Source: Alphaproteobacteria bacterium (GTDB lineage Bacteria > Pseudomonadota > Alphaproteobacteria > MPNO01 > UBA830). From it: a DNA stretch of 64,000 nucleotides. Made by a program: the position numbers and the translations under genes. This document shows, piece after piece, positions 18,712 to 28,225 of the stretch; positions within the stretch are counted from its first letter, which is position 1; each line of letters opens with the position of its first letter. The notes beneath the pieces are model-generated. The model had not been told where the DNA came from, did not search any database, and was given only the letters and a program-made list of their open reading frames with translations. Location of the stretch: NCBI GenBank assembly GCA_965243135.1, contig OZ251539.1, forward strand, positions 4,928,001-4,992,000, written 5' to 3'.

Positions 18712-20358
18712 ATGGGCAAACGCAAAAAGGGCGGCATCGCCGTGCGCGCGTCTCGTTCCGGCAAGAAAACGCCCCTCCGGCGCCCCCTGTCGCTTCGATC
18801 CATCGGAGAAGCTCCATGGTTCGCTCCGGCGCTGACCGTGGCCTATGCCCTGGTGCTGGCCTTCACCATGCATCATCACGAGATGTGGAGGGACGAGGTC
18901 CAGGCATGGATGCTCGCGCGCGACAGCGCCGATCCGCTGGATCTGATCCGCAACATGGAATACGAGGCGAGTCCCATGCTGTGGCATCTGTTGCTGATGC
19001 CGATCACGCGGCTCACCTCTTCGCCGGTCGGGATGCAGGTCTTCCATCTGGCGATCGCTTCGGCCACCATCTTCGTGGTCGCGAGGCACGCGCCGTTCGG
19101 CCCGCTGCAAAAGGTTCTGTTCGCCTTCGGCTATTTCCCTCTGTACGAATACGGCGTGATGTCGCGCAACTACGCCCTCGGCCTGCTGTTGATCGTCGCG
19201 ATGTGCGCGCTTCTGCGGCACCGTTACCGAAGGCCGCTGTGGTTGGCGCTGGTGCTGGCGCTGATGAGCCACACCAGCGCGCATGCCTGCATCGTCGCGA
19301 TCGGAACGCTGTTCGTTCTGACGGTCGATTACGCGCTCAACCGCCGAACCCTGGCGAACGGCGACGCGGCGGACGCCAGAAGACTCTGCGCGGGCTTCGC
19401 GATCGCAACCGCCGGGATCCTGCTCGCGGCGCTGCAGATGGTCCCGCCTTCCGACGTGACCAAGTCCGCGGGATCCGTGACATGGATTTTTTCGCCGTAC
19501 CTGGAGTTGAACCTGTCGTCGATCGGGAGAGTTCTGGAACTGATTCCGTTCGCTGTCTTCTTCCCCGCCGATCCGAGATTCGTGCCGGTGGTGGGACTGG
19601 TCCCGGAGCGGCCGGAAGCGGTCTATGGGGCGTTGACGGCGGCGGCGCTCGCGGCGGCCGTCGTCGCGTTCCACTGGCGGCGGCCCGTCGCGCTGACGCT
19701 GTTCCTGTGCCTGACGACGGGACTGCTGGTTTTCTTCTACGCGCTGCATTACGGCTCCTTCCGTCACCATGGCTTTCTCCTGATCGCGTTGCTGGTGCTG
19801 GTCTGGAGCGGAAGGTTCCTGACCGGCGGCCCCGTCGGCGGCAGCCGCGCGGTCAACGCGGCGGGAAGCGTTCTCTTGACGGGCCTTTTGGCGCTGCACG
19901 CGGTGGGCGGAGCGAGGGCCGTCGCCATCGAAGTCGAACAACCTTTTTCCCAAGCGAAGCGCACGGCCGAATACATTCGCGCCAACGGTCTGGAGGACTT
20001 GCCGATGATCGGCTTCCCGGACTGGAGCGCCAGCGCAGTGCTCGGCCATCTGTCGCCGCAGAAGCGGATTCATTACCTTCAGGGGAACCGGGAAGGTTCC
20101 TTCGTCGTCTACGACAGGGCGCGGATAGGCCCCGGGCCGCGAGGCGCCTACCCTGCGTGGGTCTTGATTTCGCAAGCGCAGGCCCTGGCCGCCCGGAACG
20201 ACGGAAAGGTGTTGTTCGTCCTTGCGGGCGAGTTGCAGCTTCCGTACGGCGAACGCCGCATCCGGCGACTCGCATCGTTCACGGGAGCGATGGTTCTGGA
20301 CGAGGTTTTCCATCTGTATCTCTACGAAACGCCCGCGGGCCGGAAGCGTGCGCGCTGA
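18712..20358 (+). CDS. Polytopic membrane protein, probable GT-C superfamily glycosyltransferase (548 aa)
   Basis: First periplasmic loop HHEMWRDEVQAW with an acidic DE motif, YEASPMLW, YEYGVMSRNY; about 10 or more TM segments; overlaps a GT2 gene. Confidence 0.65.
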   Translation: MGKRKKGGIAVRASRSGKKTPLRRPLSLRSIGEAPWFAPALTVAYALVLAFTMHHHEMWRDEVQAWMLARDSADPLDLIRNMEYEASPMLWHLLLMPITRLTSSPVGMQVFHLAIASATIFVVARHAPFGPLQKVLFAFGYFPLYEYGVMSRNYALGLLLIVAMCALLRHRYRRPLWLALVLALMSHTSAHACIVAIGTLFVLTVDYALNRRTLANGDAADARRLCAGFAIATAGILLAALQMVPPSDVTKSAGSVTWIFSPYLELNLSSIGRVLELIPFAVFFPADPRFVPVVGLVPERPEAVYGALTAAALAAAVVAFHWRRPVALTLFLCLTTGLLVFFYALHYGSFRHHGFLLIALLVLVWSGRFLTGGPVGGSRAVNAAGSVLLTGLLALHAVGGARAVAIEVEQPFSQAKRTAEYIRANGLEDLPMIGFPDWSASAVLGHLSPQKRIHYLQGNREGSFVVYDRARIGPGPRGAYPAWVLISQAQALAARNDGKVLFVLAGELQLPYGERRIRRLASFTGAMVLDEVFHLYLYETPAGRKRAR

Positions 20359-21292
20359 GACCCGAACGAACGTCGCGGTTCTCGTTCCCTGCTACAACGA
20401 GGCCGATACCGTCGCCCGGGTCGTCGGGGACTTTCGCGAGGCCCTGCCGGAAGCGCGGATCGTCGTTTGCGACAACAACTCCGAGGACGATACCGCCGCC
20501 GCCGCCCGCGCCGCCGGCGCGGAAGTGCGCCGCGAGACGCTGCAGGGGAAGGGACACGCGGTGCGGCGCATGTTCGCCGACCTCGACGCCGACGTATACG
20601 TGCTGGTGGACGGCGACGCGACCTACCATGCGCCCAGCGCCCCGGCGATGGTCGAGATGCTGCTCGATCGGGATCTGGACATGGTCGTGGCCCGCCGCCG
20701 CGCGGCCGTCGGGGAGGCGTACCGTCCCGGACACCGCTTCGGCAACCGACTGCTGTCCGGCGCCGTTCGCCGCCTGTTCGGCGTCGCCGTTCGCGACGTG
20801 CTGTCCGGCTACCGGGTGTTTTCGCGGCGTTTCGTCAAATCGTTCCCGGGACAGGCCGAAGAGTTCGAGATCGAGGCCGAGCTGACGATTCACGCGCTGG
20901 GGCTTCGCCTCCCCGTCGGCGAGATGGACACGCCGTACCATCCGCGCCCGGGCGGGTCGCAAAGCAAGCTCAACACCTGGCGCGACGGCTTCCTGATATC
21001 GTTCGCCGTCGTCCGGCTGTTCGCCGTGGAGCGGCCGTTCCGTCTTTTCATGAGTCTCGCGCTGGCGTTCTTCGCGGCGGCCACCGTCCTGTTCGTTCCG
21101 GTGCTCGGCGAGTACCTGCGGACCGGGCTGGTGCCGAAACTGCCCTCTCTGGTGGTGTCGGTCGGGGGCTACGCGCTGGCCTTCGCCTGCGCCATCGTCG
21201 GCGTGGTTCTGCAGGCGGTCTCGATCGGCCGGCGCGAGGCGAAGCGGCTGGCCTGGCTGGCCCAGACGTCCAGCCGGGCGGTCGAAAGATAA
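20348..21292 (+). CDS. GT2 glycosyltransferase, GtrB/Dpm1-like with C-terminal TM helices (314 aa)
   Basis: VLVPCYNE, DNNSEDDT, QGKG, DxD in VDGDATY, DVLSGYRVFSRRF, FEIE, SKLNTWRDG. Confidence 0.9.
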   Translation: MRAETRTNVAVLVPCYNEADTVARVVGDFREALPEARIVVCDNNSEDDTAAAARAAGAEVRRETLQGKGHAVRRMFADLDADVYVLVDGDATYHAPSAPAMVEMLLDRDLDMVVARRRAAVGEAYRPGHRFGNRLLSGAVRRLFGVAVRDVLSGYRVFSRRFVKSFPGQAEEFEIEAELTIHALGLRLPVGEMDTPYHPRPGGSQSKLNTWRDGFLISFAVVRLFAVERPFRLFMSLALAFFAAATVLFVPVLGEYLRTGLVPKLPSLVVSVGGYALAFACAIVGVVLQAVSIGRREAKRLAWLAQTSSRAVER

Positions 21293-21700
21293 CTCCGCCG
21301 ACTCGTCTCTTGCGCCGCGCCGCTTTCGTCAGTTGCCCGCGCGGGCCTCAGGCGGCGGCCGCGCTCGAACCGTTGCCGCGAACGCGCGGCCGTCGCTTCG
21401 GAACGGCGCTTCGCGCGACGTGACGAAGCCGGCTTGCGGCCTCCCGCTCCATCCCGCGCGCGTCCGGACGCGTGCAAGTTTCAGGACGGACGCCTCTCGA
21501 GACCCGCCTGCGCTTCGAAGCGCGACCCGGACGCCCGGCGGATTCCGCCGGGAGAGTCGCCGGCGAGACGGCGGTCGCGACGATGCGGACGCCTGCGCGT
21601 CGATCGACCGCAGGCGATTTCGAGAAGCTGATCGGGTATAAGCGGCCGGCCTCGAAAACGGCCGCGGAACGCTGCGGCGGCCGGCAGGAAAGGAAAACCG

Positions 21701-22813
21701 ATGGCCCGACCGCCGCCCTTTCGCGCCGAACATGTCGGCAGCTTCCTCAGACCGGAATCGCTCATGGCCGTCGTTCGCGCGTACCGCGCCGGCGAAACCG
21801 GCGCGAACGACCTCCGCGACGCCCAGGACGCGGCGATACGCGAGGTCGTCGCGCTGCAGGAGTCGATGGGACTGAAATCCGCCACCGACGGCGAATTCCG
21901 CCGCCGCGGCTGGTCGGCCGGATTCATCGACGCGGTCGACGGCTTCGGCCTGCGGGAAGGCGCCATCGGCTTCCGCGACGGGCGCGAGTCGAAGGCGGCC
22001 GAACTTTCTCCCTACGCCCGCGAAAAGCTCCGGCGAACGCGTCCCGTCGTCCGCGACGAGTTCGCGTTCCTGAAGAGCGCCGTGCGCGCCGCGCTTCCCA
22101 AGGCGACCATGCCGTCGCCGCCGGTCATGCACTATTTCCTCGGCCCGCGCGCCGCGGACGAAACCGTTTACCCCGACCTCGAGGAGTATTTCGAGGATCT
22201 GATCGCGATCTACCGGCAGGAGATCGCGGCGCTCGCCGACGCCGGATGCGCCTATCTCCAGCTCGACGACACGGCGCTGCCGTGCAACTGCGACGTCCGG
22301 TTCCGGGAGGACGTGAGAAACCGCGGAGAGGATCCGGACGCCCTGACCCGGCGGTACGCGGCGATGATCAACGACGCCGTGGCCGGCCGGCCGGCCGGCA
22401 TGCGCGTCGCCGTCCACATGTGCCGCGGCAATCTGAAGGGAACGTGGATGGCCGAAGGGGGCTACGACGCGATCGCGGAAACGCTGTTCGGCGAAGCGCG
22501 GGTCGACGCCTGGTTCATGGAGTACGACACGGACCGGGCGGGGGACTTCGCGCCGCTGCGCTTCATGCCGCCGGACCGCGTTGTCGTGCTCGGGCTGGTG
22601 TCGACCAAGACGCCGGTCCTGGAGGCGAAGGACGATCTCAAGCGGCGCATCGAGGACGCCTCGCGCTACGTGCCTCTCGAGCGCCTTTGCCTCAGCCCGC
22701 AATGCGGATTCTCCTCCGCGCCCGGCGGCGGGCAGGTCATCGACGAAGACGACCAGAAGCGCAAGCTGGCGCTGATCGTCGAGACCGCGCGCGAGGTCTG
22801 GGGAGAGGCGTAG
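21701..22813 (+). CDS. Cobalamin-independent methionine synthase II-like single-domain protein (MetE/XecA-like family)
   Basis: PPFRAEHVGSFLRP, TDGEFRR, YLQLDD, Zn ligands HMCRGN, MEYD, SPQCGF. Confidence 0.88.
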   Translation: MARPPPFRAEHVGSFLRPESLMAVVRAYRAGETGANDLRDAQDAAIREVVALQESMGLKSATDGEFRRRGWSAGFIDAVDGFGLREGAIGFRDGRESKAAELSPYAREKLRRTRPVVRDEFAFLKSAVRAALPKATMPSPPVMHYFLGPRAADETVYPDLEEYFEDLIAIYRQEIAALADAGCAYLQLDDTALPCNCDVRFREDVRNRGEDPDALTRRYAAMINDAVAGRPAGMRVAVHMCRGNLKGTWMAEGGYDAIAETLFGEARVDAWFMEYDTDRAGDFAPLRFMPPDRVVVLGLVSTKTPVLEAKDDLKRRIEDASRYVPLERLCLSPQCGFSSAPGGGQVIDEDDQKRKLALIVETAREVWGEA

Positions 22814-22982
22814 GGCGGGCCGGGAAATCGCGGCGACGCGAACGCCTCGCCTTTGTTTCCGGCGGCGTCCCGCGCGGGAACCGGAGGCTCCGCGCTTCGG
22901 CGCGAAGCGCCGCTCGAATTTTTCTCGCAAGGCGGCGCGACAACGGTTAGATTCCGCTCGTCAAGCAAAGGGAGATAGTTCG

Positions 22983-23987
22983 ATGAAGGCACTCAAACCG
23001 CTCGCGGCGGTCGCCGCCGCGCTTGGCTTCGCCGCCGCCGCCGACGCCCAGACGGTGTTGCGGATCAGTTCGTGGGCGCCGCCGACCCATTTCGTCAACT
23101 CCAAGATCTGGCCGGAATGGGGGGCGATGGTCTCCAAGGCGACCGAAGGGCGCGTCAAGACCAAGGTCGAATACAAGCTCGCCTCGCCGCCGAAGCAGTT
23201 CGGCGTCGTGCGCGACGGCATCGCGGACGCCGCCTGGATCTTCCACGGGTACAACACCCGTTACGTGGCGACCCAGATCGTCGAAATGCCCGGCCTCGGC
23301 ACGAGCGCCGAGGCGGCGGCGGTCGCCTACTGGCAGGTCCACCAGAAATATCTCGCGAAGGCCGACGAACACCGGGGCGTCGAGTTGATCGGCCTGCATT
23401 CCCACGGCCCGGCCGTCATCCACACCAAGCGCCCCCTCGAGAGTCTCGAGGGTCTCAAGGGCATGAAGGTGCGCGTGCCCGGCGGCGTCGGCAGCCTGGT
23501 CGGGCGCACCCTGGGCGTCACCGCCGTGAAGCTTCCTGCGCCGAAGGTCTACGAAGCGCTGTCCTCCGGCGTCGCGGACGGCATCTTCATGCCGATAGAA
23601 ACCCAGAAGAGCTTCCGGCTCAAGGAAGTGGTGCCGTTCGTGACGATCATGCCGGGCGGCCTCTATTACGGCAGCTTCGCCTTCCTGGTCAGTCCGGCGT
23701 TCCTCAAGAAGCTCTCGGACAAGGACAGAGCCGCGATCATGAGCGTTTCCGGCCTCGAGTTCTCGAAACTGGGCAGGCACTGGGACGAGGCGGACGTCGC
23801 GGGCCGCGACGACGCCCTGAAAGCGGGAACCAAGATCGCCGCCGCTTCCGACGCCATGCGCGACGCCTACTACGCGCGCATGAAGCCGGTGGAGGACGCC
23901 TGGGCCGCGAAAGTCGCCAAATGGTTCGACGGCGGAACGGCCCTGGCCGAACTGCGCGAACTGGCTCGGGCGTACGACAAGAAGTAA
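22983..23987 (+). CDS. dctP: TRAP transporter substrate-binding protein (DctP family)
   Basis: Sec signal peptide, ATEGRV, VRDGIAD, LKGMKVR (conserved Arg), VYEALSSGVADG; GGGAG RBS. Confidence 0.9.
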   Translation: MKALKPLAAVAAALGFAAAADAQTVLRISSWAPPTHFVNSKIWPEWGAMVSKATEGRVKTKVEYKLASPPKQFGVVRDGIADAAWIFHGYNTRYVATQIVEMPGLGTSAEAAAVAYWQVHQKYLAKADEHRGVELIGLHSHGPAVIHTKRPLESLEGLKGMKVRVPGGVGSLVGRTLGVTAVKLPAPKVYEALSSGVADGIFMPIETQKSFRLKEVVPFVTIMPGGLYYGSFAFLVSPAFLKKLSDKDRAAIMSVSGLEFSKLGRHWDEADVAGRDDALKAGTKIAAASDAMRDAYYARMKPVEDAWAAKVAKWFDGGTALAELRELARAYDKK

Positions 23988-23989
23988 CC

Positions 23990-24502
23990 GTGGAAGACGT
24001 TCCGTCCCGTCGGTCGCGCCTCCCGGGCAGATTGTTCGGAGCGGCGACCGACGGGACCTCGTCGGCGACTTTGTTCGCCCTGATGGCGATGACGTGCGTC
24101 GACGTTGCCGGGCGGGAGATTTTCGGGGCGCCGCTCGACGGAGCGACGGAACTGACGCAGATCATGATGGGAATCATCGTGTTCGCGGTCCTTCCGCTCG
24201 TCAGTCTCCACGAACGGCACATCACCGTCGACCTGCTCGACCGCTGGTTTCCGCAGCGGCTCACCGGCCTTCGCCGCAGGATCCTCAATCTCGCCGCGGG
24301 CGTCATCATGGCCGCCGTCTGCTGGCGGGTCTGGGTTATCGGGGCGTACCAGTCCGAATACGGCGACGCGACGGAGTTTCTGGCGATTCCGCTGGGGCCG
24401 GTCAGCTATTTCATCTCCGCGATGAGCGGCGTCGCGGCGGTCGCCCTCCTGGCGAACGCGCTTCGCCGCGGAAAACCGGCCGGCCCGTCCGCGCCGGCGT
24501 AA
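23990..24502 (+). CDS. dctQ: TRAP transporter small permease (DctQ, 170 aa)
   Basis: DVAGREIFGAPLDGATEL, HITVDLL, about 4 TM helices; sits between dctP and dctM. Confidence 0.85.
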   Translation: MEDVPSRRSRLPGRLFGAATDGTSSATLFALMAMTCVDVAGREIFGAPLDGATELTQIMMGIIVFAVLPLVSLHERHITVDLLDRWFPQRLTGLRRRILNLAAGVIMAAVCWRVWVIGAYQSEYGDATEFLAIPLGPVSYFISAMSGVAAVALLANALRRGKPAGPSAPA

Positions 24503-24513
24503 GCGCGCGCTCG

Positions 24514-25830
24514 ATGACGGAAGCGCTGATCGGCTTCGCCGTTCTCCTGATCCTCGTGTTCCTGCGAATGCCGATCGCGTTCGCGATGGGCCTCGTGGGC
24601 TTCGTCGGGTTCGGCGCGTTGTCGGGATGGCAGCCGTCCCTCGCCATGGTCGGCACCCTGGTTTCCGACACGGCGCTGAGCTACGGGCTTTCGGTCGTCC
24701 CCATGTTCATCCTGATGGGGAATTTCGTCGCGCGCGCGGGCCTGTCTTCGGAACTGTACGACGCGTCGCACGCCTTTCTCGGCCACCGCCGCGGCGGGTT
24801 GTCGATGGCGACGGTCGTCGCCTGCGGCGGCTTCAGCGCCATTTGCGGCTCCTCGCTCGCGACCGCGGCGACCATGTCGAAGGTCGCGCTGCCGCCGATG
24901 CGCCGCTACGGCTACGCGGACACCCTCGCCACGGCGTCGATCGCCGCCGGCGGCACGCTCGGGATCCTCATCCCGCCGAGCGTCATCCTCGTGATCTACG
25001 GCCTGATGACCGAAACCTCGATCCGCGAACTGTTCGCGGCCGGCTTCCTGCCCGGCGTGCTCGGGATCTTCCTGTACATGGCGGCGGTCAGATACGTGGT
25101 GTGGCGGGATCCCGGGGCCGGCCCGGCGGCGCCGCGGCGCGGATGGCGGGAACGCATGCAGGCGTTGCGCGGCGTCTGGGGCACGCTGCTGCTCTTCGCG
25201 GTGGTCATGGGCGGCATCTACGGCGGCGCGTTCACGCCGACCGAAGCTGCGGGGGTGGGCGCCGGCGGGGCGTTCCTGATCGCCCTGTCGCGCCGCGCGC
25301 TGACTTGGCGAATCCTTTACGAAGTGCTGGCCGAGAGCGCGCGGACGACGGCGGTTCTCTTCACGGTGCTGATCGGCGCGCTGATATTTTCGAATTTCGT
25401 GAACCGGGCGGGCCTGCCCGACGGGCTGCTCGCGCTGGTGACGGGCCACGACTTCTCGCCGCTCGCGGTGATCGCCATCATCCTCGCGATCTACGTCGTG
25501 CTCGGCTGCGTTTTCGAAAGCCTGTCGATGCTGCTGTTGACGATACCGATCTTTTTCCCGGTCGTCAGGGAACTCGGATACGCCGGCCTCGGCGGCGAAC
25601 AGATTCTCGTCTGGTTCGGGATCGTCGCCGTGGTCGTCACCGAGATCAGCCTCATCACGCCGCCGGTCGGCCTCAACGTGTTCGTGCTGTCGGGCGTGGT
25701 CAGGGACGTGGGAACGGCCACCGTTTTCAAGGGAGTTACGCCCTTCTGGTGCGCCGATATCGTCAGGCTGTCGATCCTGGTCGCGGCGCCCGCGATTTCG
25801 CTGTTCCTGCCGCGCCTGTTCTACGGCTGA
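24514..25830 (+). CDS. dctM: TRAP transporter large permease (DctM, 438 aa)
   Basis: VPMFILMG, GSSLATAATM, GTLGILIPPS, FTPTEAA, ITPPVGLNVF. Confidence 0.93.
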   Translation: MTEALIGFAVLLILVFLRMPIAFAMGLVGFVGFGALSGWQPSLAMVGTLVSDTALSYGLSVVPMFILMGNFVARAGLSSELYDASHAFLGHRRGGLSMATVVACGGFSAICGSSLATAATMSKVALPPMRRYGYADTLATASIAAGGTLGILIPPSVILVIYGLMTETSIRELFAAGFLPGVLGIFLYMAAVRYVVWRDPGAGPAAPRRGWRERMQALRGVWGTLLLFAVVMGGIYGGAFTPTEAAGVGAGGAFLIALSRRALTWRILYEVLAESARTTAVLFTVLIGALIFSNFVNRAGLPDGLLALVTGHDFSPLAVIAIILAIYVVLGCVFESLSMLLLTIPIFFPVVRELGYAGLGGEQILVWFGIVAVVVTEISLITPPVGLNVFVLSGVVRDVGTATVFKGVTPFWCADIVRLSILVAAPAISLFLPRLFYG

Positions 25831-26225
25831 ATCCGCGCCCGCTTCCTTTCGAGTCGCTCCCGCTGGCGATCGCGATCGATGACGAAGCGGACGTGACGGG
25901 CCTTTCCGACCAGATCGACGCCGTCGTGGACCTCGGCCTCGAGCGTCACGCGGCGTCCGTCGACTTCCGCGACCCTGACGGACACCGCGACCGTCATGCC
26001 GAGCAGCGTCGCGCCGAGATGGTCGACGGAAACGTGCGCGCCGACGGACTCCTCGCCGTCGTCGAGATGCGCGCCGACCAGCAGGCGCGAGGTCTCTTCA
26101 ACGTCCCGCACCATCCAGGGCGTGGCGTAGACGCGCAGGTCGTCGCCCATGAAGCCGATGGTGCGTTCCGCGTCCACCTTCCAGTCACGGGCGTCTTCGA
26201 GTCCCGGTTGGAGCGTATCCTTCAT
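25821..26225 (-). CDS. FlK-like hotdog-fold thioesterase (134 aa)
   Basis: VYATPWMVRDVE (Thr/Glu) and SVG..VSVDHLGAT (His); ATGA overlap with the CoA ligase stop. Confidence 0.85.
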   Translation of the reverse strand: MKDTLQPGLEDARDWKVDAERTIGFMGDDLRVYATPWMVRDVEETSRLLVGAHLDDGEESVGAHVSVDHLGATLLGMTVAVSVRVAEVDGRRVTLEAEVHDGVDLVGKARHVRFVIDRDRQRERLERKRARIQP

Positions 26226-27769
26226 CGTTTCTCCGATCCGTAGATTTTCCTGAGTTCCGTCTTGAGGATCTTGCCCATCGCGCTCTTGGGCAATTCCTCG
26301 ACGAACGCCATGCGGCGGGGAATCTTGTAGCCGCCGATCCTTCCGCGGCAATGCTCGACGATTTCGTCCTCGCTCGGCGACGCGCCGGGAGCGGGCACGA
26401 CGACCGCGAACAGCGCCTCGCCGTATTTTTCGTCGGGCACGCCGACGACCGCGCATTCGTGAACGTCCGGGTGCCGGTAGAGGACGGCTTCGACCTCCGA
26501 GGAATACACGTTCTCTCCGCCGGTGATGATCACGTCCTTCTTGCGGTCGAGCAGGAACAGGTACCCGTTCCCGTCCATCCTTCCGATGTCGCCGGTAAGG
26601 AACCAGCCGCCGGAGAAAGCGCGTTCGTTCTCTTCCGGCCGGTTGAGATAGCCCCGGGTCACGTTGGCTCCGCGCACGGCCACCTCTCCGACTTCGCCGG
26701 GCGGAAGCGGAGCGCCGCCGTCGTCGACGATGCGCATGTCGACGCCTGCGACCGGCCGGCCGACGGATCGGAGAATCTCGTATTCGCCGGTCTCCATCGC
26801 CTTCGCGTGGACGTCCTCGTCGAGGGTCGTGAGTATGGGCGAGGTTTCGGTCAGGCCGTAACCCTGCTGCACGGCGGCGCCCGGGAACGCTTCCATCGTC
26901 CGCCGGGTCCATTCCACCGCCATCGGCGACGACCCGTAGAACACCCGGCCCAACGAAGCCAGATCGTAATCGTCAAAGCCCGGATCCTGCAGGGTCAGGA
27001 TGACCATCGTCGGCGCCATCATCGCCGACGTGACGCCGTAGTCCTGCACCGCGCGCAGCAGGTTGGCCGGCGCGAAGACGGGAAGGTAGGCGTGAGCGGC
27101 GCCGACCAACGTGTATCCCGTTCCGAGGAGGTCGGCGGAGTGGAACATCGGCGCGACGTGGAGGTAGACGTCGTCCGCGCTCATTTTCAGCGCGACGGCG
27201 CACTGCATGCCGTTGGCGAAGACGTTGCGATGCGAGAGCCTGACGCCCTTGGAGCGCCCGGTGGTGCCGCCGGTGTACAGCAGGATCGCGTCATCGTCCT
27301 CTTCGGCTTCCTCGCCTTCGCACGGTTGGGCGGCGGCGATCATGTCCTCCGCGCGCGGCGCGACGCCTCCCCCGTCTCCGCCGGGAACGCCCACCGCCCG
27401 CGTCTTCCACGGCGCCAGGGCGACGTCGTCCAGAAACCTCGCGAACGCGTCTTCGACGAACAGCGTTTCGACGCCGGCGTCGCCGAGAATGAACGCGATC
27501 TCGGGCGGGGCGAGCCTGTAGTTCACCGGCACCGGGACGGAGCCGTTCCAGTAGGCGGCGTGAAGCAGTTCGCAATGGCGCCAGGTGTTGCGGCAAAGGA
27601 TGCCGAAGCGGTCGCCCCGGCCGATCCCGAACTGCCGCAGAACGGCGGCCAGGCGCATCGCGCGGTCCATGTGCTCCGACCAGGTGAAACGCCCCTCCGC
27701 ATCGACGATCGCCGTGTTGGCGCCGTACAGCCGAAGCGCCCGCTCGAGCGCCGAACGCATGGTCATCAT
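26222..27769 (-). CDS. Acyl-CoA synthetase (AMP-binding, long-chain-fatty-acid-CoA-ligase-like)
   Basis: YTGGTTGRSKG, GYGLTE, GWFLTGDIG, DRKKDVIITGGENVY, LPKSAMGKILK. Confidence 0.93.
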   Translation of the reverse strand: MMTMRSALERALRLYGANTAIVDAEGRFTWSEHMDRAMRLAAVLRQFGIGRGDRFGILCRNTWRHCELLHAAYWNGSVPVPVNYRLAPPEIAFILGDAGVETLFVEDAFARFLDDVALAPWKTRAVGVPGGDGGGVAPRAEDMIAAAQPCEGEEAEEDDDAILLYTGGTTGRSKGVRLSHRNVFANGMQCAVALKMSADDVYLHVAPMFHSADLLGTGYTLVGAAHAYLPVFAPANLLRAVQDYGVTSAMMAPTMVILTLQDPGFDDYDLASLGRVFYGSSPMAVEWTRRTMEAFPGAAVQQGYGLTETSPILTTLDEDVHAKAMETGEYEILRSVGRPVAGVDMRIVDDGGAPLPPGEVGEVAVRGANVTRGYLNRPEENERAFSGGWFLTGDIGRMDGNGYLFLLDRKKDVIITGGENVYSSEVEAVLYRHPDVHECAVVGVPDEKYGEALFAVVVPAPGASPSEDEIVEHCRGRIGGYKIPRRMAFVEELPKSAMGKILKTELRKIYGSEKR

Positions 27770-27807
27770 GGCCGCGAGGCCTCTTCTTCCTCTCCGCTCC
27801 GCATACT

Positions 27808-28221
27808 CTATCGCGTTCGGTCGGAAACGGAAACGCGCCCGTCAAGAACGCCGACCGCTTCTATCTCGACCAGCATGGCGGGATGCGCGAGTTTCGATAC
27901 CTCCACCAGCGTGGAGACCGGGAAATCGCCCGCGAAATATTCCCGGCGCGCACGCCAGACCCCCTCGCGATCGCCGATGTCGGTCACGAAGACGTTCACC
28001 TTGACGATATCCGCCATCGCGCCGCCGGCGGCCTCGACGAGCGCCTTGATCTTGTCGAAGATGACCTTCGACTGTTCGTAGGCGTCGGCGCCGAGGATCG
28101 CGTCGAACGTCCCGTCGCGCGACGTCATGCCCGCGACGTAAACGTGATTTCCGGCGACGAGGCAGTTCGACCATGTGCCTTCGGGAGGTTCGGCGACTCC
28201 CTCGGCGCGTATCCGTTTCAT
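27808..28221 (-). CDS. RidA/YjgF family protein
   Basis: VYVAGM, AGGAMADIVKVNVFVTD, FPVSTLVEVSKL..P..LVEIEA. Confidence 0.9.
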   Translation of the reverse strand: MKRIRAEGVAEPPEGTWSNCLVAGNHVYVAGMTSRDGTFDAILGADAYEQSKVIFDKIKALVEAAGGAMADIVKVNVFVTDIGDREGVWRARREYFAGDFPVSTLVEVSKLAHPAMLVEIEAVGVLDGRVSVSDRTR

Positions 28222-28225
28222 GTCG

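Noticed and set aside
21293-21700. Cobalamin or SAM riboswitch before the MetE-like gene
   Set aside because: No B12-box or SAM consensus recognised, and the candidate -10 box lies downstream of the structured stretch.
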